A stretch of DNA of 64,000 nucleotides from an uncultured candidate division Zixibacteria bacterium (GTDB taxonomy: Bacteria; Zixibacteria; MSB-5A5; GN15; FEB-12): NCBI GenBank assembly GCA_963664195.1, contig OY760907.1, positions 762,459-826,458 of the forward strand, written 5' to 3'. Shown piece by piece: positions 43,361 to 52,244 of this stretch (the stretch's first letter is position 1; every line of letters starts with the position of its first letter). The notes beneath the pieces are model-generated. The model searched no databases, was not told the origin of the DNA, and saw nothing but the letters and a program-made list of their open reading frames with translations. The translations under genes were made by a program, and so were the position numbers.

Positions 43361-43396
43361 TCAATAAGAAAACCGGCGATGCATCATCGCCGGTTT
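43361..43396 (-). terminator. putative intrinsic terminator of ino1
   Basis: A 12-bp perfect stem AAACCGGCGATG/CATCGCCGGTTT with a 3-nt loop, followed on the minus strand by CTTATTG. It lies 31 nt after the stop. Confidence 0.65.
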
Positions 43397-43426
43397 ATAC
43401 TAGTCAATAAGTCTGTCAGGGCAAAC

Positions 43427-44686
43427 TTATTTTTTCGCCTTCACCACTCTCTTGGCAGTCTTCTTCGGAGCTGCCTTCTTGGGCGTTACCTTTTTCGGCG
43501 CTGCCTTCTTGGGCGTTACCTTTTTAGGCGCTGCCTTCTTGGTCGCCGGTTTCTTAGCAGCAGGTTTACGAGCAGCTCTCTTGACCTTGCTGGTTCCCAC
43601 TGCGGTGGTCTTCCAACCGTATTTGGCGATGAACTCCTCGGTCATACGGCGGGCTTCCGGATCGGTGTACTGGACCGGCGGGGACTTCTTGAAGTACGAC
43701 GACGGCTCGATCAACGCACCAGAGAGATGATTGTCAAGAGCCAGCTTGCAACAACGCACGGCATCGATCACAACACCCGCAGAGTTCGGGCTGTCCCAGA
43801 CTTCAAGCTTCAGTTCCAGATTCAGCGGCACATTGCCAAAGGTCGTGCCTTCCATACGAATATACGCCCACTTGCGGTCATCGAGCCACTCGACATAGTC
43901 GGAGGGTCCGATGTGAATGTTCTTCGGATCAATGTCGAAATCGAGCTGTGAAGTCACAGAGTTGGTCTTGGATATCTTCTTTGATTCCAGGCGGGAGCGC
44001 TCGAGCATGTTCAGGAAGTCGGTGTTACCGCCGACGTTCAACTGGCTGGTGCGCTCAAGTTTGACACCGCGCTCAAGGAACAGGCGAGTAAGGACACGAT
44101 GCGAGATCGTGGCGCCGACCTGAGACTTGATATCATCGCCGATAACCGGCAGACCTTTTTCTTTGAATCGCTTCTGCCAGTATGCTTCGCGGGCGATAAA
44201 GACCGGAATGCAGTTCACGAGGCCGCAGCCCGCATCGAGAATCTGCTCAACATACCACTTCGTGGCCTCTTCGGAACCAACCGGAAGATAGTTCACCACG
44301 ACATCAGTCTTGGTGTCCTTGAGCAGCTTCACGATATCAACCGTGTCGCCCGGAGCCTTCTCGATGACCTGTGAAAGATAGTAGCCGAGACCGTCGTGGG
44401 TCATACCGCGCTGAACCGTAACGCCGGATTTCGGGACCTTGCAGAACTTGTACGTATTGTTCGGCTTCGTGTAGATGGCTTCGGAGAGATCCTTGCCGAC
44501 TTTGTTCTTGTCGATGTCGATGGCAGCGGAGAACTCGATGTCACGGATGTGGTATCCGCCGAGGTTGACGTGCATCAGGCCCGGGACCTTATCTTCGTCT
44601 TTGGCCTTCTTGTAGAACTCGACTCCCTGTACCAACGAGGAGGCACAGTTGCCGACGCCGATAATGGCGACTCTCACTTTACTCAT
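43427..44686 (-). CDS. ino1: myo-inositol-1-phosphate synthase with Lys/Ala/Pro-rich C-terminal tail
   Basis: 419 aa. '[22 protein letters not shown]', '[11 protein letters not shown]' and '[14 protein letters not shown]' are typical of the bacterial/archaeal Ino1 family. The last 54 aa are [53 protein letters not shown]. Confidence 0.9.
   Translation of the reverse strand: MSKVRVAIIGVGNCASSLVQGVEFYKKAKDEDKVPGLMHVNLGGYHIRDIEFSAAIDIDKNKVGKDLSEAIYTKPNNTYKFCKVPKSGVTVQRGMTHDGLGYYLSQVIEKAPGDTVDIVKLLKDTKTDVVVNYLPVGSEEATKWYVEQILDAGCGLVNCIPVFIAREAYWQKRFKEKGLPVIGDDIKSQVGATISHRVLTRLFLERGVKLERTSQLNVGGNTDFLNMLERSRLESKKISKTNSVTSQLDFDIDPKNIHIGPSDYVEWLDDRKWAYIRMEGTTFGNVPLNLELKLEVWDSPNSAGVVIDAVRCCKLALDNHLSGALIEPSSYFKKSPPVQYTDPEARRMTEEFIAKYGWKTTAVGTSKVKRAARKPAAKKPATKKAAPKKVTPKKAAPKKVTPKKAAPKKTAKRVVKAKK
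43471..43542 (-). repeat. 30-bp tandem repeat (2.4 copies) inside the ino1 3' end
   Basis: ctgccttcttgggcgttacctttttcggcg / ctgccttcttgggcgttacctttttaggcg / ctgccttcttgg. It encodes the [10 protein letters not shown] units on the minus strand. Confidence 0.9.
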
Positions 44687-44871
44687 GGTTTGCTTCCCTT
44701 CTTCTATCCGTATTCCAAATTCGCATTGTCACTGTCATGCCATTTGTTGCAAGCGGCTGAATATATTAGACCTTTACACGCGACGTCAATATATTAGTTG
44801 CGTCTTGTGACAAGTTATATATGATTAGTATATAGATTATGACCATATAGTCATTTCGACTAGAACGAACG

Positions 44872-45528
44872 GTGTCCAGCATGCTTGATGAAAACGTAGT
44901 TGCAGAGTTAGTTCAGCGAAACGTCGTGTCCGATACTTTCCGGCGACTGGCGCCGGAAAAGAAGCTTCTGGTGTACCGCGCAGCCACACAGTTATTCGGC
45001 AGATACGGCTACGACGGCATTGCAGTTGATCGGATCTGTCACGATGCAGGGATTTCCAAAGGTTCGTTTTTTCAGTACTTTGAATCGAAAAGTCACCTGC
45101 TCGAATTCACGATTCTCGTATTTGATGACTACCTCGCCAAATGGGCCGAGGAATTGAAACGTCAGGAAACAGCCGTGCTGGCGCGGGATCGGCTGATGTA
45201 CCTGTACGATTCGCTTGTCGTGAATGCCAAACTACACCCGTCGGAGGAAAAGTTCTTCCTGTTTGTCACCCACGCGCTTGACCACGCGGGTGTGGTACTT
45301 GAGGGGATTGATCTTGAGCGTCACTTCAGGCAATATGTAAACGAAATTGTTGAACGGGCGGTGAGAACCGGCGAGATCAGGGGGGATTTCGAGGTTGACC
45401 TTACCGGCTATCTTGTGTCTATCATTATGGAAGCTCTGTTGCGACGGCAGTTTTCCGGCCGCCGCATGCCTCGTCGCCAGATGCGGGAGTACTTGATTTC
45501 GTTCCTGTTCGACGGCATCAAGGCGTAG
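44872..45528 (+). CDS. TetR/AcrR family transcriptional regulator
   Basis: 218 aa with an N-terminal HTH 'AATQLFGRYGYDGIAVDRICHDAGISKGSFFQYFESK'. The start is GTG 44872 or ATG 44881. Confidence 0.8.
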   Translation: MSSMLDENVVAELVQRNVVSDTFRRLAPEKKLLVYRAATQLFGRYGYDGIAVDRICHDAGISKGSFFQYFESKSHLLEFTILVFDDYLAKWAEELKRQETAVLARDRLMYLYDSLVVNAKLHPSEEKFFLFVTHALDHAGVVLEGIDLERHFRQYVNEIVERAVRTGEIRGDFEVDLTGYLVSIIMEALLRRQFSGRRMPRRQMREYLISFLFDGIKA

Positions 45529-45552
45529 AATATCCTTGTGATGTAAGGCAGG

Positions 45553-45571
45553 GGCAGACTGCCCGTCTGCC
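45553..45571. terminator. hairpin between convergent TetR and OMP genes
   Basis: GGCAGAC-tgccc-GTCTGCC (7 bp) with no U-tract. Confidence 0.3.
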
Positions 45572-45642
45572 GCCCACAACCCGGGAGTCTTCCGCACTAC
45601 CGGGGGTGGCACATGGCAATGTGCCCCTGTCGCAACCTTCGA

Positions 45643-47259
45643 CTAAAAGATGTGATGTGTGAAGGAAAGCGAGAGGCCATACCCATCGCTGTTTTCCTCG
45701 AACATCCGCTCTGCGAGCACTTCACGGTCGGTCTTCCACCAGTCCAGATCGACAACCAACGTTGTCGGGACAGAGAGCCGGTACTCCACTTCTGCGCCAA
45801 AACTCAGGGTCCAGTAGTGCAGATCCGGCGCGGCTCCTTCGTCTGGTGCCGGTTCGGGTTCCTCTCGGTCGCCGTCCTGCCTGTAGTAGTTACCGTAGAA
45901 GCGAACGCTGGTGCGCTCGTCATGGAAGTACTCTGCCGAGGCTGAGAGCCAGCCTCGCCAGAGGTCCTGGTAATCCACCTCAGTGGTAACCTCATGATTC
46001 ATTTCTCTGAGATTCTGGGCACCTACATACCAGTCAAGACGTGCACCTGCTTCCAATTGCCATCGTAGATTAACCGGCTTGGCGTAGCTGACTGCACAGG
46101 TTGCATAGGGTTCTCTATAGACGCGTTTTGTGTACTGAGCGGACAGGAATGTATCGACATACACAACTGTATCAACGTTCCCGGTGCCGTCCATATGACG
46201 GAGTATGTCGCTCCCGATGCTCCTTTGAGTCACACTTCTCTGGCTGCTGGTGTGGACGATTGTCACTCCGACGCCCCCGCTCACCGTAAGCCCGAACTGA
46301 CGACTATCGTTGCCGGGGAAGTAATCCCACACATCCTGAATCAAATACTGTGCGACTGCCTCCGACTCAGCCATCACCCCTTCCTCCCTCAGGAAACCGA
46401 CAATGCTCTCCAACGCCTCCATTCGATGCAAACGCGAATCGACTGCATGTGTCAGCCGGTAGCGATACACAAGGTCGGTCAATTGCATCATTTCGTTTCT
46501 GTCCGGTTCACGGAGGAGAAGGCCGGCATCTCGCAGTTCACCGATCATGTTCATTGCCATCGCCGCGAAACGTCCCTCGTATTTCCTTCCCCAGCCCGCC
46601 GTACATTCCACCTTCAGGTTGTGACCCTTTTGATCACCGTCCGTATCCTCATAGAGTGCTTGACTACGTTCCCGGACTGATCCGTCAAAACGGTTTTCTG
46701 ACGAATACCTCTTGCGGAATCGATCCTCACCAGGCGACTGGCTGTAGTAGTAGGAGTAGTTGAAGTGGATTGCGCCGAAGACGTCCCCTGCGACATACTC
46801 CTTCACCCCTATAGCGGGACTGAACCTCACAATGTATTGGAACCTTTCAACGCTTATACTATCCTCGGTGATGCGTCCAAGCGTGTCTTGTGCAGCCTCA
46901 TGCCGATCTGATTCCTGATTATCGATTCGAGTAGTCACCAGCAACGAGACGTCGAAGTCCCGATCGACAGAGTAGTGATGATACTTCCAATGGGAGAGCA
47001 GTGAAGCATTCTGCTGATCGACGTCCTGCTCTCCATCAAAGAAATCGTATGCGAGCGGATCGCGCTCGTAGCCGGATTCCTTATGGCTTTGACCGGAGAA
47101 ATCCAGGTCGCCTTCCACTCTCCACTCATAATCAGTCAGCTTCTCCGGTAAGTAACTCTCTACTCTGAAACCCGTTGTATCAGTAGCTATAGCTGAGAGT
47201 GAGAGCGCGAAAACAGCAGCAAGCGTAAGTGCAAGACGTTCGATAGCAGTTTGAAGCAT
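45643..47259 (-). CDS. hypothetical large outer-membrane beta-barrel protein
   Basis: 538 aa. Signal ...LSLSAIATD. Alternating strand pattern rich in Y/D/R. The C-terminus ...LSLSFTHHIF ends in an aromatic residue. Confidence 0.6.
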   Translation of the reverse strand: MLQTAIERLALTLAAVFALSLSAIATDTTGFRVESYLPEKLTDYEWRVEGDLDFSGQSHKESGYERDPLAYDFFDGEQDVDQQNASLLSHWKYHHYSVDRDFDVSLLVTTRIDNQESDRHEAAQDTLGRITEDSISVERFQYIVRFSPAIGVKEYVAGDVFGAIHFNYSYYYSQSPGEDRFRKRYSSENRFDGSVRERSQALYEDTDGDQKGHNLKVECTAGWGRKYEGRFAAMAMNMIGELRDAGLLLREPDRNEMMQLTDLVYRYRLTHAVDSRLHRMEALESIVGFLREEGVMAESEAVAQYLIQDVWDYFPGNDSRQFGLTVSGGVGVTIVHTSSQRSVTQRSIGSDILRHMDGTGNVDTVVYVDTFLSAQYTKRVYREPYATCAVSYAKPVNLRWQLEAGARLDWYVGAQNLREMNHEVTTEVDYQDLWRGWLSASAEYFHDERTSVRFYGNYYRQDGDREEPEPAPDEGAAPDLHYWTLSFGAEVEYRLSVPTTLVVDLDWWKTDREVLAERMFEENSDGYGLSLSFTHHIF

Positions 47260-47345
47260 GGCTTCCCCCGGTGTTTGGGCGATTGGTTTAGATGGCCCAT
47301 CCTAATTGGACAATTGCAACCATCTTTATGGTGTGACCAATATAT

Positions 47346-47379
47346 ACAAAAAAGCGGGCATTGGTGCCCGCTTTTTTTG
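47346..47379 (-). terminator. bidirectional-type intrinsic terminator after the nitroreductase gene
   Basis: AAAAAAGCGGGCA-ttgg-TGCCCGCTTTTTTT: an 8-bp GC stem flanked by A- and T-tracts. Confidence 0.8.
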
Positions 47380-47397
47380 AATAGTAGATGATTTTCT

Positions 47398-47952
47398 CTA
47401 GAACGCGAACTTGTCGCGCGAGATAATCTCGTTCAGGTCCTTCCGTACACGCGGCGACTCGTCCTTCTTGCGCGTGTCCGCATCCAGCAGATCGATCGAT
47501 CCCGGATACCCCAGCGAAACCGCACACATGACGTGATACTCGTCGGGGATATCGAGCGCCGTGTGGAGCTTGACCGCATCATAACCGGCCATCGCGTGCC
47601 CCATCAAATTCTCGTCGACCGCCGCCAACAGAAGCGACATGGTTGCCAACCCGCAGTCAAACTGGTAGTACTTGACCGGGTCGTCCTCGCGCGAGTAGTC
47701 ATCGCTCTCTTTGGCACAAACTGCAATCAACACCGGAGCTTTCGCGGCCCATTCGTTGCCAACAGCAAGAGCTTCGACAAACTTCGCATGCTGTCCCTGC
47801 TCCGATACGAACACAAACCGCCACGGCTGCTTGTTGGCGCACGACGGTGACCAGCGAGTCTTCTCAAGTATTCGGTTGAGAACAGCCTCGTCAATCGGCT
47901 TGTCAAGATACGACCGCCTGCTCTCACGCTTGAAAAAGATGGAATCGCTCAC
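47398..47952 (-). CDS. nitroreductase family protein
   Basis: 184 aa. 'RRSYLDKPIDEAVLNRILEKTRWSPSCANKQPWRFV' is the classic nitroreductase N-terminal signature. Confidence 0.8.
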   Translation of the reverse strand: MSDSIFFKRESRRSYLDKPIDEAVLNRILEKTRWSPSCANKQPWRFVFVSEQGQHAKFVEALAVGNEWAAKAPVLIAVCAKESDDYSREDDPVKYYQFDCGLATMSLLLAAVDENLMGHAMAGYDAVKLHTALDIPDEYHVMCAVSLGYPGSIDLLDADTRKKDESPRVRKDLNEIISRDKFAF

Positions 47953-47966
47953 AACGACCTCCCTTT

Positions 47967-48902
47967 CTACTGATTTGCCGCTACCTGCGGCCTGAAACCT
48001 TCCATAGCCAACAGCGTGTTCTGACGCTCTCGCACGACTTGCTCGGTCATCTCAAACTCCGGTCCTACCTGTTCAATCATCACCGAGGACACGCAGGAAG
48101 CAAAACAACCGGACTTTCTCAGATCACCGCCGGTCTTCAGGTACTCAAACGTAAACCCGGCCATATAGGTGTCACCCGCGCCGGTGGAATCGAGCAGTTT
48201 CACCGGATGCGGCGGAATGTCGATGAACTCGTTGCCGTCGTATATCACCGAACCGAGTTCGGCCAGTGTCACGATCACCAGTTTCGGTCCCCAGGACTTG
48301 ATGATCCGGGCAGCCTCGTACGGATCCTTGCGGCAGTCGATGCCGGTAAGCACTTCGCCTTCCAGTTCGTTCGGCTTGACGATATCGAACTGACCGAGAA
48401 TTTCTTCGATCCCGTCCGGCTTCTCGTGGTAGATGCGGCCGTCGTCGTGAGCGCCGCGAAGCAACCCCTGCGGATCGCAGAAAAAGAGGCCGTCGAATTC
48501 CTTGCGGATGTCGCGGATGTTGTCAAATGACACTTCGCGCAAAATTGGGCCGATCAAGACAGCTTTGGAGTCATTGTACCATTGCGGCGGAAGGTCACCG
48601 ATGGCATCGGCGCGACCCAGCAGGTCGAGTGTCCGGTTGCCGAAGTTGTCGTAGTACACCAGCGAAAAGCCGCCGGTTTCTTTCGACGGGGTCACCTCGT
48701 AGTTGACCCGGTATCTGTCCAGATCCGCCACAAACCGATTGTGTTTATCTTCACCGACCGCACCGACCAAACGGACATCCTCGCCGAGTTTTGACAGGGC
48801 CAGGACGGCGTTAGTGGAACATCCGGAAAGCACGCGCCCTTCGGTCTCCACGCGCTGCGTTTTTATATAATCGTAAACAGGATTGCCAATAGCCGTAATC
48901 AC
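47967..48902 (-). CDS. PfkB-family sugar/polyol kinase
   Basis: 311 aa with a GTG start and the C-terminal 'DSTGAGDTYMAGF' PfkB signature. Confidence 0.75.
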   Translation of the reverse strand: MITAIGNPVYDYIKTQRVETEGRVLSGCSTNAVLALSKLGEDVRLVGAVGEDKHNRFVADLDRYRVNYEVTPSKETGGFSLVYYDNFGNRTLDLLGRADAIGDLPPQWYNDSKAVLIGPILREVSFDNIRDIRKEFDGLFFCDPQGLLRGAHDDGRIYHEKPDGIEEILGQFDIVKPNELEGEVLTGIDCRKDPYEAARIIKSWGPKLVIVTLAELGSVIYDGNEFIDIPPHPVKLLDSTGAGDTYMAGFTFEYLKTGGDLRKSGCFASCVSSVMIEQVGPEFEMTEQVVRERQNTLLAMEGFRPQVAANQ

Positions 48903-49036
48903 GTATTCGCCTTTCGTGAGTATTCATTATTGATCGGAAATGTACAATGCACAAAGCGCGAAGTCAACGACGTGGTCATACCGGCCAACAATTCGTATAG
49001 GATTTGAAAAAGGAGGCGAGCCTCGCTGTGGCTGCG

Positions 49037-49660
49037 TTAGACTTCCTGACGGTCGCCGAGCATCTTGTGGGTATAGATAATTCGCTGTATGGCGGTCCAG
49101 AATGAGAAGAAACCGACCACGATCAGCGCGAACTCCAGCCATCCGCCCTGCGGCCAGGTGCCAGTCGGCAGATAATGTTCAACAATAGCGCCGGCCATAA
49201 TAAGGATGAACTTCTCAAGTCGCCCCATGATCCCAACCGCGCAGTTTTCCAGCTTGCCCATCGATTCTGCTGCGGCTCTCGTGTAAGAGGCGATCAACAT
49301 TCCGAACAGCGCAAACAGTCCCCAGCCGGGATGCGCCGCACCGGACAGAGTGATACCAGCTAAGATGAAGAACTCGCCGTAACGATCCGAGACATGATCG
49401 AGAATACCGCCAAACACGGTGCCAATCTTGCCGGCGCGGGCGGTAGAACCGTCAAGCATGTCGGTGAAAGAGGTGAGGAGCATCCAGACAACGCCCCAGA
49501 TCATGAAGCCCTTCCAGAACATGATACCGGAGACGATAGCACAAAGGAACGAAATCGCCGTAATGAAATTGGGCCGAAGACCTAGCTTCAGACAAGCCCT
49601 GCCGAGGAACAAAGAAGATTCCTCGTATATCTGGCGTTTACGTTGGTTTATCCCTGGCAA
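49037..49660 (-). CDS. CDP-alcohol phosphatidyltransferase family protein (AIPS/PIP-synthase-like)
   Basis: 207 aa and multi-TM. The signature D-ML-DG-ST-AR-x8-G-GIL-D-HVS-D is complete. 'ASYTRAAAESMG' resembles the inositol-phosphate transferase branch as I recall it. Confidence 0.8.
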   Translation of the reverse strand: MPGINQRKRQIYEESSLFLGRACLKLGLRPNFITAISFLCAIVSGIMFWKGFMIWGVVWMLLTSFTDMLDGSTARAGKIGTVFGGILDHVSDRYGEFFILAGITLSGAAHPGWGLFALFGMLIASYTRAAAESMGKLENCAVGIMGRLEKFILIMAGAIVEHYLPTGTWPQGGWLEFALIVVGFFSFWTAIQRIIYTHKMLGDRQEV

Positions 49661-49816
49661 CTGTTCTCACTCCTCATCCATAAGTGTGCGGGCAATATAC
49701 GTGCAGGTTCTGGGGGCGTCAATGACCGGCAACAAGAAATTTACATCATTTGCACGAAGTTGGCCGCGCGCGTAAGGTCGATTGACAAGCGGCCCAACAA
49801 TGAGGATATTGGGGCC

Positions 49817-50794
49817 GTGTTTATAGATTATGTTGAAATCGAAGTTGCTGCCGGTAACGGCGGGCACGGGTGCATTGCTTTCCGGCGGGAAAAGTTCATC
49901 CCCAAGGGAGGGCCTGACGGCGGCGATGGTGGTCGCGGCGGCAGTGTCATTGCCGTGGCAGACGCCAACCTGTCGACTCTTCTGGAACACCGGTACCGCA
50001 GGAACTACAAGGCTGACAAGGGTCAACCCGGTGGTGGTGCGCTCAAGACCGGCAAATCCGGCGACGACCTCTATATCAAGGTTCCCGTGGGCACGCTCAT
50101 TAAGGACCGTGAGACCGGACAGGTGATCGCAGACCTCGATAAGCCGTTGGCAGAAGCTACTATAGCTCGGGGCGGCAAGGGCGGTCACGGCAACACGTAT
50201 TACAAATCTGCCACCAACCAGACGCCGCGCAAAGCCCAGGACGGATTCCCCGGCGAACAGAAGAAGCTGTCACTGGAACTGAAACTGCTGGCCGATGTCG
50301 GTTTGGTAGGACTACCAAACGCGGGAAAATCCACCATCTTAGCCTCGTTTTCAGCCGCACGTCCCAAGATCGCCGATTATCCGTTCACGACACTGATCCC
50401 TAATCTTGGCATTGTCCAGTTGCACGACTACAACTCCTGCGTCATGGCAGATATTCCGGGCTTGATTGAGGGAGCATCCCAGGGCAAAGGCCTCGGACAC
50501 CAATTTCTCAAACACATTCAGCGGACAAGACTGCTGGTGTACGTCATTGACGTTAATGAACTGGATATCGTGGAAACCCGACGAGTCTTGGAACAGGAGC
50601 TTGACCAGTTTGACTCATCGCTGCCGAAAAGACCGTCGCTGACCGTCATTACCAAGATTGACACACTGCCGGAAAGCGATCTAAAAGAGATATCAAAGGA
50701 GTTGCCTCCCGATTATATTTACCTTTCGGCGGTGGCCCGCATGGGTGCCGAGGGATTCATCCACAAAATCGAGGCTTCGCTTGACCAATTCTGA
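49817..50794 (+). CDS. obg: GTPase Obg/CgtA
   Basis: The GTG at 49817 gives MFIDYVEIEVAAGNGGHGCIAFRREKF.. (Obg fold). G-domain motifs 'GLPNAGKST' and 'DIPG'. The longer ORF from 49643 adds a non-homologous extension. Confidence 0.9.
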   Translation: MFIDYVEIEVAAGNGGHGCIAFRREKFIPKGGPDGGDGGRGGSVIAVADANLSTLLEHRYRRNYKADKGQPGGGALKTGKSGDDLYIKVPVGTLIKDRETGQVIADLDKPLAEATIARGGKGGHGNTYYKSATNQTPRKAQDGFPGEQKKLSLELKLLADVGLVGLPNAGKSTILASFSAARPKIADYPFTTLIPNLGIVQLHDYNSCVMADIPGLIEGASQGKGLGHQFLKHIQRTRLLVYVIDVNELDIVETRRVLEQELDQFDSSLPKRPSLTVITKIDTLPESDLKEISKELPPDYIYLSAVARMGAEGFIHKIEASLDQF

Positions 50795-51890
50795 GTTGAG
50801 AGACCGGCTTACCAATACTATAGCGCTGCTGAACGTCCCTGGAGTTGGGCGTGTCCGTTTCACGCGACTGAGTGCAAGACTCGGATCTGTCGAAACCATA
50901 CTGGCTGCGTCCATCTCCGAGCTTGAGTCGGTTCCTGGCATCTCGCGCACTGTCGCCTCTGCGATCAAACAGGAATGTGATCTCGACAAAGCAAGGCAAA
51001 TCGCGTCCAGAATTACACAGTTGGGTTGGGCGGTGATGTTTCAAGACAGCCCTGACTATCCACAACCGCTTGTGCCACTGGCTGATGCCCCTCCCCTGCT
51101 CTTTCGCGAAGGGGACTCATTCGACCCGAGCGACAAAATGATCGGCATTGTGGGCACGCGCCACGCCTCCGAGTCCAGCCGACGGTTCACGCGGCAATTG
51201 GCCACCGAATTGGCCCGCGAGGGCATAACCGTGGTGTCGGGGATGGCCGAAGGCATAGACTCAGAGGCTCACAAGGGCGCGTTGGAGGGGGGCGGCAGAA
51301 CGATTGCCGTTTGGGGAACTCCGCTAAATCGAGTGTATCCGGCCTCCAACCGACAGTTGGCCGAGAAGATCAGAAACCAGGGTGCGATTTACTCGGAATA
51401 TTTGCCGGATGTTGAATCCAGCCCCTCGAATTTCCCCGAGCGCAATCGGATCATCTCCGGACTATCCGAAGGCATTATAGTCGTCGAGGCAGGCCGGAAG
51501 TCCGGAGCGCTGATCACCGCAAAATACGCTCTTGAACACGGGCGTGAACTGTTTGCCGTGCCGGGTCCCCCGGGGGCCTCACGCAGCATAGGCACCAATG
51601 CCCTCATCAAGGTCGGAGCAAGACTCCTGACAGAGGTCGGCGACATTTTCGACGAGTTGCCTCGACTGAAAGGGCAGATTACCGCAAAGAAATTCCGCCA
51701 GATGCCCGATATGACGAAACAGGAACGCCAACTGGTAGATCTGCTGGCAGTTGGGCCTCTTCAACTTGACAACATGTCCAGGGAAGCAGCCCTGCCGGTT
51801 TCGGATTTGATGGAACTGCTTCTGGCGCTTGAACTCAAAGGGGTTGTGGAAGAACTCTCCGGCAAACGGTTTGTTCTGAGAGAACAGTAG
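50745..51890 (+). CDS. dprA: DNA-protecting protein DprA (Smf)
   Basis: 'IVGTRHASESSRRFTRQLA..VVSGMAEGIDSEAHKGAL...FPERNRIISGLS...EAGRKSGALITA' plus a C-terminal winged helix. The start is uncertain, with TTG alternatives at 50781 and 50796. Confidence 0.85.
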   Translation: MPRDSSTKSRLRLTNSELRDRLTNTIALLNVPGVGRVRFTRLSARLGSVETILAASISELESVPGISRTVASAIKQECDLDKARQIASRITQLGWAVMFQDSPDYPQPLVPLADAPPLLFREGDSFDPSDKMIGIVGTRHASESSRRFTRQLATELAREGITVVSGMAEGIDSEAHKGALEGGGRTIAVWGTPLNRVYPASNRQLAEKIRNQGAIYSEYLPDVESSPSNFPERNRIISGLSEGIIVVEAGRKSGALITAKYALEHGRELFAVPGPPGASRSIGTNALIKVGARLLTEVGDIFDELPRLKGQITAKKFRQMPDMTKQERQLVDLLAVGPLQLDNMSREAALPVSDLMELLLALELKGVVEELSGKRFVLREQ

Positions 51891-51894
51891 GATC

Positions 51895-52164
51895 ATGATC
51901 ACCAAGAAAACCACCATAGTCAATAAGCTGGGACTTCACGCCCGACCGTCGGCGCTGCTGGTATCCACTGCCGCCAAGTTCCAATCAGAAGTGTTTTTCA
52001 CCAAGGATGACCTTCGCGTCAATGGCAAGTCAATCATGGGCGTCATGATGCTGGCTGCTGAAATGGGATCTCAGGTACTGGTCGAGGTCGACGGAGCCGA
52101 CGAAAACGAGGCAATTGAGGCCATTGTGAAGGTGATCGAGTCAGGCTTCGGCGAAAACGGTTGA
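51895..52164 (+). CDS. ptsH: phosphocarrier protein HPr
   Basis: 89 aa. The His-15 region 'GLHARPS' and the Ser-46 region 'NGKSIMGVM'. Confidence 0.9.
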   Translation: MITKKTTIVNKLGLHARPSALLVSTAAKFQSEVFFTKDDLRVNGKSIMGVMMLAAEMGSQVLVEVDGADENEAIEAIVKVIESGFGENG

Positions 52165-52244
52165 TATTCCACTTGCCTTTCCCCCTTTGGTTTACCTATT
52201 ATTTCCATGTTAATTTGGAGTAGTATGCTCAAACGCAGGGAATT

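Noticed and set aside
49643-49816. Long N-terminal extension of Obg
   Set aside because: Obg homology begins at the GTG at 49817 (MFIDYVEIEV...). The extension would overlap the divergent CDP-alcohol transferase start and has no homology.
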